Source: Thermodesulfobacteriota bacterium
GTDB taxonomy: Bacteria > Desulfobacterota > Desulfobulbia > Desulfobulbales > JBFMBH01
Assembly: GCA_040755095.1 (NCBI GenBank)
Contig: JBFMBH010000006.1
Coordinates: 1,290-65,289 of the forward strand
DNA length: 64,000 nt
Reading direction: 5' to 3'
The position numbers were made by a program, and so were the translations under genes. The notes beneath the pieces were generated by a model, which was not told where the DNA came from, did no database searches, and worked only from the letters and a program-made list of their open reading frames with translations. This document shows, piece by piece, positions 58,767-64,000 of the stretch (position 1 is its first letter; every line of letters starts with the position of its first letter).

Positions 58767-58835
58767 GTTCTGCTCGTGGAGTAGGAACAGTGTCAGTTAT
58801 TGTCTTTCTTACCGCGTAGGGGGCGCGTCAATGCC

Positions 58836-61800
58836 ATGACAGGATGTCCACTCCTTCAGATCATCACCGGTGGCGGCTCCAAGGGCCTCCAGGGGGTGCT
58901 CGCCGATCTTGTCGCGCATGCGGCCGACAAGCTGGGGCCTGCCTCATGCCAGAGCTATCTCCTCGATGGGGCCTCGGGAACCCTCAAGCCTGAGGCCTCT
59001 TGGCCACCCGAAGCCGACATTCCTCCGGCGGAGCCACCTTCCGAAGTGGCGGAGGCATACCGGGCAGAGCGCCTAGTCGCGGGGCGGCAGGGCGTCGCAA
59101 TGCCGCTTCCTGCCGGCAGGAAGGTGATCGGGGCGCTCCACTTCTCCTTCCAGCCACCGGCGACCGCCCGCGGCACAGCGCGCATCCAACCCGAGGCAAG
59201 CACTGCCCAGGTCAAAGCAACGGCGGACTTCCTCGCGTCGCTCTGGGAGCCGCATGTCCGAGAGGCGATGTGGGAAAGGGTCCTGTTCTCGACCTGGGAG
59301 GAGATCCAGCTGGCAGGCGAAGGACCACTGGCCCTCAAGGAGGCGGTGGACCGCTTTGTGGAGGAGTTTCGGCAGGCGTTTGACGACTCCGTGTGGTCGC
59401 CGCCTGACATGCTCTACCTCCAGCTGGTCGACCAGCACCAGCGGGCGATCCGAACCGTGCGCGGCTTCGGGATGCCGCTGAGCTTCGAATTCCTGCCTGC
59501 CCACCCGCTGGCCACCGGGGACGCCCAGGCCAAGCTGGACATCCAGGCCGACGTGGTACACCATCTGCGACCGGAATTCATTGTCGGCAACGACTGCCAG
59601 CGCTTCGACCAGCGGATCTTCTTCCAGTATGGCCATGAGAGGTTCAGCAGGTTCTGGTTCCCCCTCTTCCCCCTGCTCGCTTTGCCACGCGCCAGCGACG
59701 ATGTCGACGCCATCGAGGCTTATCTCCAAAACGCATTGGCCTGGCCGGACGAAAAGCAAGGTAGTGGGTTTGTCAGTCAGGCCGCGAATTGGGTCGCCCG
59801 CCCACCCCCGCCCGCAGATCTGGTGCTCGGCACAGTGGAGATCGGTTACCTCCGGAAGAGTCCAGACCGGCTGCGCCTGGATCCCTGGACACCTGAGCAG
59901 GGAACCCGGGCCATGGCCACGGGACTCTTCTTTGCCAACCGTCTGTTCCGGGCCACCCAAGCAGGCGCCCTGGAGAGAATCGGCAGCGCCCTTGCCCTGG
60001 TGAGGCCCGGGCGGACGCACGCCCTGCAACTCCATGTCACGAACGGCCGCAAGGTTGAGACGCGGGAATACCCTGCCCCTGCTCCCTGGGGGGTGGCCAT
60101 TGCCCGGGCCACGGATGGCCCAGCACCACAGCGGGACCAGCCGCCTCTGCGCCGTTCGTGCACAGTGGTCTTTGAACAGCCCGGACAAGCCGCTGTGGCC
60201 GATGCTGGGGTGACCGCGGACCTCTGCCAGGAAATCGACCAGCGGGTGAGCCGGGCCGCAGACGTGGCCTCCCACCTTTTCCGGGGCTTCTTCTATCCCC
60301 AGGAGTTGGTGGTGCCAGACCGGAACCCCAGTGCCATGGGCCTGCGGGTCAAGGACGAGACGGTGTTGTCGGTCTGCGAGGAGGCCGCCGTGATGGCTGG
60401 TGCGGTCTGCTGCCTGGCCTATTTCTTCGCGCCTGGGGAGGACACCCCGTCCTTGCGACGCCCTCCCACAGTCTGGGGGGAGATGCCCCGGCAGCCGTCC
60501 GACTTCCGGACGAGGGTTGACGCCGAGGCGGAAGAAGTGGCTGCAGGCCGAACCTCCCGTTACGACGTGGCCATCGGCCACGGCACCGGCTCATCCTGCC
60601 TGACCATGCTGCCCCTGGAGCTGTCCGAGGCGACCACCGGGGTGCTGGCTCTCATCCACCAGCCAGGAAACAGCTCTCCCATCCCTGTCCTCCGCGCTGA
60701 TCTCGAAAGAAGGATTCCCCGGTGGGTCTACCGCCTGCACATCCTCCACCTCGTCTCGCACAGTCGGTTTCTTGCCCTTACCACCAGCCTCCGGAAGGAG
60801 ATCGCGGAGGCCTACAGGAACTTCACCAATGGCCATCGGAACGTGCGGCTTTTCATCGAAGACGTCGTCCGCAAAAGCGTCCAGCTCATCAAGCCGGTCG
60901 CCGCCTGGATCACTGACCCCAGGACCACTCCCCAGGCCGGCCCCAGCCGCATCTATCGACACTGGTGCATTCCCAACGGCACCGCTGACCCTCCCCGGAT
61001 CTTCAACCACCTCTTTGCCCCAGCCACCCCCTCGGGTCCGTGTCAGGAGGCCTGTACGACCGGACGGCCGGTCATCTGCAGCGGCGGCGACAAGAAGACC
61101 AGGATCCGGAGCTTCATTACGGCTCTGGAGCAGGAGGCCAAGCAGCAACATGAGGGCGGGGAACGTGATATCGCCAACCGCCTCCGGCGGTTTGCCAGTG
61201 CCGTCGACCACGCCGAAGGGGAGTCCACCATCGTCACCATCCCGCTGGCCAGGCGGCCAGAAGAGAAGGGCAGCCTCAAACCCACCTTCACCTGGCTTCT
61301 CCAGGGTGACCTCCATTCCGACGAGGACCAACAGCTCCTGCTGCTCGAGCTCGGGGAGGTGCTAGCCGAGACCCTCCATCAGGCCCAGGGCATTGAAAGG
61401 CAGGAATACGAAGAGCGTTCCCAGGAACAATTGGATGCCCTGGGCCACAACCTAGCCATGCAGGGAGGCTGTGACGACGCCTTTGGCGCCTGGCTCCAAT
61501 GGCTCGCTGGCAAGAAGTGGCCTTGCCTGGGGCGGGACGTAGTCATCTGGCTGTTCTCCGCCAACGCCAAGACCCTGGTGGCCCGTTCCTGCAGGGGCCA
61601 GGCTCTTGAAGCACTACATCAGGCAGGGAATCTGGAGGTGATCGATCTGACGGATCATCCGCTGGCCCACGACAAGATTGACGCGGCCCGGATAGGGAGC
61701 TGGCCACTCGGGTCATCCATGCTGTGGTCAATGCCACTCCAGTACCACAACAGAACCCCGGGCCGGCGCCTGCTCGCCGCATACGCCAAGAAGACCGACG

Positions 61801-63377
61801 GGAACCACCTGGTTTCCTTTCCCATGGTGGATGCCACGGGCCAGGTCTTCGGGGTGGTGGATTGTCTTCGTTCCGAACTGTTCGAGGTCGAAGAGGAGAA
61901 GGTCCTGGGGCACATGCTGCGCCGGGTGACGGGAATCTTCCTTGCCAAGATTACCGAGCTCCGCCTGCGACGGAGCAGAGAAACCATCAACGAGCTTTTC
62001 GCAGACACGAAAAAATTTCTCCTCGATTTCCAGGCCGAGCAGGCGTGCAAGAGCCTGGTGGAAGGCATTCGTAAGTTCTTCCAGTGCGAACATTGCGATC
62101 TCTTTTTCGCGGATCAGGCAGAGGCCATGGCCCTGCTGGCCACCACCAGGGAGCAGGGCCCAGTCACTGATTCGGATCGCTTCCGCTTCCGAATCCTCGC
62201 TTATGGGGAGGACGACGAGATCCTGGCCCGTTGTCTTCGCAATGGCGCGGCAGACATCCAACACCGAAGGGAGGGCACAAAGCCCTCCCGTGCCACCCAG
62301 CTGTCAGAGGACCTTGGCGTCCTCCTGGGCGGAGCGCTTTCTGCCGAGCGGCTGGTCATGCCGCTCCTGGACACCGCGCGTGGAGGGAAGAGGTGTGTAG
62401 GTCTCCTGCACCTGGAGAATCCGCAGCAGCGGGAACAGCAGGTGCTCGACGGCCAGCAGCAAAAGACCAGAGTCTTGAAGCGAAGCTGTCGCTTCACAGC
62501 CGAGGACCTGCGGCTGGCCGAGGAGATGGCCCCTGCCCTGCAACGGATCCTCCTTACCATCGCGCTGTCAGAGAAACAGGTCTGGCTCATCCGGGACGTC
62601 ATGCACTCCCTGGGGCACCCCCTGCAAACCCTCCGCGATGAGGTGCAGGGCCTGCTCCTGGCACTGACCAGAGGCGGGGAGGTGCCGTATCTGGAACTCC
62701 AATCCATGAATGATCGGGTGGAATGGGCCTTCCAGTTCGTCCACGATGCCCGGGACCGCTGGACCTTCTTCACTACCCCCCGATCCCCCGATCACCGATG
62801 GACCTATGAGAGCGTGAACCTCAAGGACTTTGTCCAGAGATGCTGCGACTCCATGGCCTCAGTGGCCAAGCGTGGCCGAAACCGCATCGCCTATGCCGAC
62901 CTGAAGGCGATCCGGCCTATCCAGGCAGTCCCCGAATGGCTCCGGATTGCCGTCATCAACCTCCTGGAGAATGCCTGCAAGTACTCCTGGCAGGACGGCG
63001 AGGTGGCTGTTGCCTTGGATGAATCGGATGATGGCACCATCCGCGTGCAGATCAGGAACTGGGGGATCGGCATCCCGGCGGAAGACCGGGAAAGGATCTT
63101 CCAGCCCTACTACCGGTCCCGGGTTCCGGACGCCAGGGGAACCCGGCCCGGGACTGGCATCGGCCTTGCCATTGTCAGGGAGGCCGTCGAAAACATCCAC
63201 CGAGGCAAGATTCTGGTGGAAAGTGTCCCTGTCAGGGAAGAACCAGCCGGCCGCACCTCGGAAACGGGGCCGGCCCCAGGCCGGGTCGAGCATTGCACCA
63301 CCTTCACCATCGCGCTTGACCGGGCAACACTGGCGAACCTGGCGGAACAGAACCCCACCGATGAAGGAGAAGCCTGA
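58836..63377 (+). CDS. Very large histidine kinase with several degenerate GAF-like sensory modules
   Basis: MTGCPLLQIITGGGSKGLQGVLADLVAHAADKLG start with upstream TAGGGGG; C-terminal H-box-like LIRDVMHSLGHPLQTL, N-box VINLLENACKYS, G-boxes WGIGIPAEDRERIFQPYYR and GTGIGLAIVREAV. Confidence 0.85.
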   Translation: MTGCPLLQIITGGGSKGLQGVLADLVAHAADKLGPASCQSYLLDGASGTLKPEASWPPEADIPPAEPPSEVAEAYRAERLVAGRQGVAMPLPAGRKVIGALHFSFQPPATARGTARIQPEASTAQVKATADFLASLWEPHVREAMWERVLFSTWEEIQLAGEGPLALKEAVDRFVEEFRQAFDDSVWSPPDMLYLQLVDQHQRAIRTVRGFGMPLSFEFLPAHPLATGDAQAKLDIQADVVHHLRPEFIVGNDCQRFDQRIFFQYGHERFSRFWFPLFPLLALPRASDDVDAIEAYLQNALAWPDEKQGSGFVSQAANWVARPPPPADLVLGTVEIGYLRKSPDRLRLDPWTPEQGTRAMATGLFFANRLFRATQAGALERIGSALALVRPGRTHALQLHVTNGRKVETREYPAPAPWGVAIARATDGPAPQRDQPPLRRSCTVVFEQPGQAAVADAGVTADLCQEIDQRVSRAADVASHLFRGFFYPQELVVPDRNPSAMGLRVKDETVLSVCEEAAVMAGAVCCLAYFFAPGEDTPSLRRPPTVWGEMPRQPSDFRTRVDAEAEEVAAGRTSRYDVAIGHGTGSSCLTMLPLELSEATTGVLALIHQPGNSSPIPVLRADLERRIPRWVYRLHILHLVSHSRFLALTTSLRKEIAEAYRNFTNGHRNVRLFIEDVVRKSVQLIKPVAAWITDPRTTPQAGPSRIYRHWCIPNGTADPPRIFNHLFAPATPSGPCQEACTTGRPVICSGGDKKTRIRSFITALEQEAKQQHEGGERDIANRLRRFASAVDHAEGESTIVTIPLARRPEEKGSLKPTFTWLLQGDLHSDEDQQLLLLELGEVLAETLHQAQGIERQEYEERSQEQLDALGHNLAMQGGCDDAFGAWLQWLAGKKWPCLGRDVVIWLFSANAKTLVARSCRGQALEALHQAGNLEVIDLTDHPLAHDKIDAARIGSWPLGSSMLWSMPLQYHNRTPGRRLLAAYAKKTDGNHLVSFPMVDATGQVFGVVDCLRSELFEVEEEKVLGHMLRRVTGIFLAKITELRLRRSRETINELFADTKKFLLDFQAEQACKSLVEGIRKFFQCEHCDLFFADQAEAMALLATTREQGPVTDSDRFRFRILAYGEDDEILARCLRNGAADIQHRREGTKPSRATQLSEDLGVLLGGALSAERLVMPLLDTARGGKRCVGLLHLENPQQREQQVLDGQQQKTRVLKRSCRFTAEDLRLAEEMAPALQRILLTIALSEKQVWLIRDVMHSLGHPLQTLRDEVQGLLLALTRGGEVPYLELQSMNDRVEWAFQFVHDARDRWTFFTTPRSPDHRWTYESVNLKDFVQRCCDSMASVAKRGRNRIAYADLKAIRPIQAVPEWLRIAVINLLENACKYSWQDGEVAVALDESDDGTIRVQIRNWGIGIPAEDRERIFQPYYRSRVPDARGTRPGTGIGLAIVREAVENIHRGKILVESVPVREEPAGRTSETGPAPGRVEHCTTFTIALDRATLANLAEQNPTDEGEA

Positions 63378-63883
63378 TGGCCGCGCCACCGTCGAAACGA
63401 ATCCTGATCGTTGAGGATGAGCCTGATCTGCGGGACAAGCTCAAGGGCTTGCTGACCAAGTACCAGGCCTTCCAGATCCTGGAAGCCGCGGATGCTAGGC
63501 AGGCGCAGGACATCGTTCAAGAGCCTGGCCAGCGGCTGGCGGCAGTTATCCTGGACATCATGCTCTCCTATGGCACCCCGTCGCCCAATCTCGGGCAGGA
63601 CAATGATCCGGACATGGTGGACACCGGGGTGCGGTTGCTGCAGTGGCTGCGGGAGACCGTCCAGGACCGATCCGTCTGGGTCGCCGTCACCACCTCTCGG
63701 GTCAACCCCCGGCTTGTCTCGAGAGTTCGATCGCTCCTGGGCCGCCGGGGCAAGATCTATCCCAAGCCATACAACCGTCTGCTCCTCGAGCACGACCTGG
63801 CCCTGGTGCTCGGGGAGGGAAGCCAGGTTCCGGCTGTCCTGATCCCGGTCGACTACTCGCCTCCCAGCCATGAGTCGGAGTAG
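63377..63883 (+). CDS. Stand-alone receiver-domain (response regulator) protein
   Basis: KRILIVEDEPDLRDKLKGLL (acidic pocket), AAVILDIMLSYG (phospho-Asp), GKIYPKPYNR (Lys-Pro); start overlaps kinase stop (TGATG). Confidence 0.9.
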   Translation: MAAPPSKRILIVEDEPDLRDKLKGLLTKYQAFQILEAADARQAQDIVQEPGQRLAAVILDIMLSYGTPSPNLGQDNDPDMVDTGVRLLQWLRETVQDRSVWVAVTTSRVNPRLVSRVRSLLGRRGKIYPKPYNRLLLEHDLALVLGEGSQVPAVLIPVDYSPPSHESE

Positions 63884-63888
63884 GAATC

Positions 63889-64000
63889 ATGGTCGCCCAC
63901 GACCCCCTCCACAGATCCGGACGAGCGGATTTCCCGCATCCGGCTCTTGCCTCAGGTGATGACGCCAAGGCGCCGCAGAGGGTAGGGATGGCAGATACGC
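63889..64000 (+). CDS. Start of a third ORF in the kinase/receiver operon, truncated by window end
   Basis: ATG at 63889 preceded by AGGA; reads MVAHDPLHRSGRADFPHPALASGDDAKAPQRVGMADT with no stop to 64000. Low-complexity start, so weak. Confidence 0.35.
   Translation, partial: MVAHDPLHRSGRADFPHPALASGDDAKAPQRVGMADT

Noticed and set aside
58800-58835. TTG start of the large kinase
   Set aside because: ATG at 58836 is in frame and preceded by a G-rich SD-like TAGGGGG; the 12 extra residues look non-coding.

Overview
This 64 kb, high-GC window reads as ordinary chromosomal sequence from a Desulfobacterota-like ('deltaproteobacterial') anaerobe. That placement is an inference from gene content: complex I without nuoEFG, an AhbD-like radical SAM heme protein, and Mpl. 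Main blocks: (1) 1-13.2 kb minus strand, an FtsX/MacB-like ABC export module coupled to a glycan-type cluster (polysaccharide deacetylase, four glycosyltransferases, histidine phosphatase, hexapeptide acyltransferase). (2) tRNA-Ala(CGC), darP/yjgA, an MCP and tRNA-Cys. (3) 16.6-27.9 kb, a nuoABCDHIJK-type complex I operon with four antiporter-like subunits. (4) A subtilase, an FAD oxidoreductase and a small toxin-antitoxin island (MntA-like + truncated HepT; RelE/ParE + RHH). (5) mpl, a hybrid histidine kinase, a cold-shock protein and tRNA-Ala(GGC). (6) mreBCD-mrdA-rodA. (7) A CBS/PAS/HD-GYP protein, hemH-hemE and an AhbD-like radical SAM protein. (8) A CheR-TPR protein, marC, an rRNA methyltransferase, hrpB and a GH3 glucosidase. 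(9) At the right edge, a roughly 1,513-aa multi-GAF-like histidine kinase translationally coupled to a stand-alone receiver protein, plus a third ORF cut by the window end. I found no CRISPR array, transposase, integrase or recognised anti-phage system. The best leads for something under-described are the right-edge kinase/receiver operon, the ABC/glycan cluster with a degenerate M28-like domain, the four-pump complex I layout, and two families of short intergenic repeats (a period-9 repeat and a GAATA..ACAAGGAAT inverted repeat).
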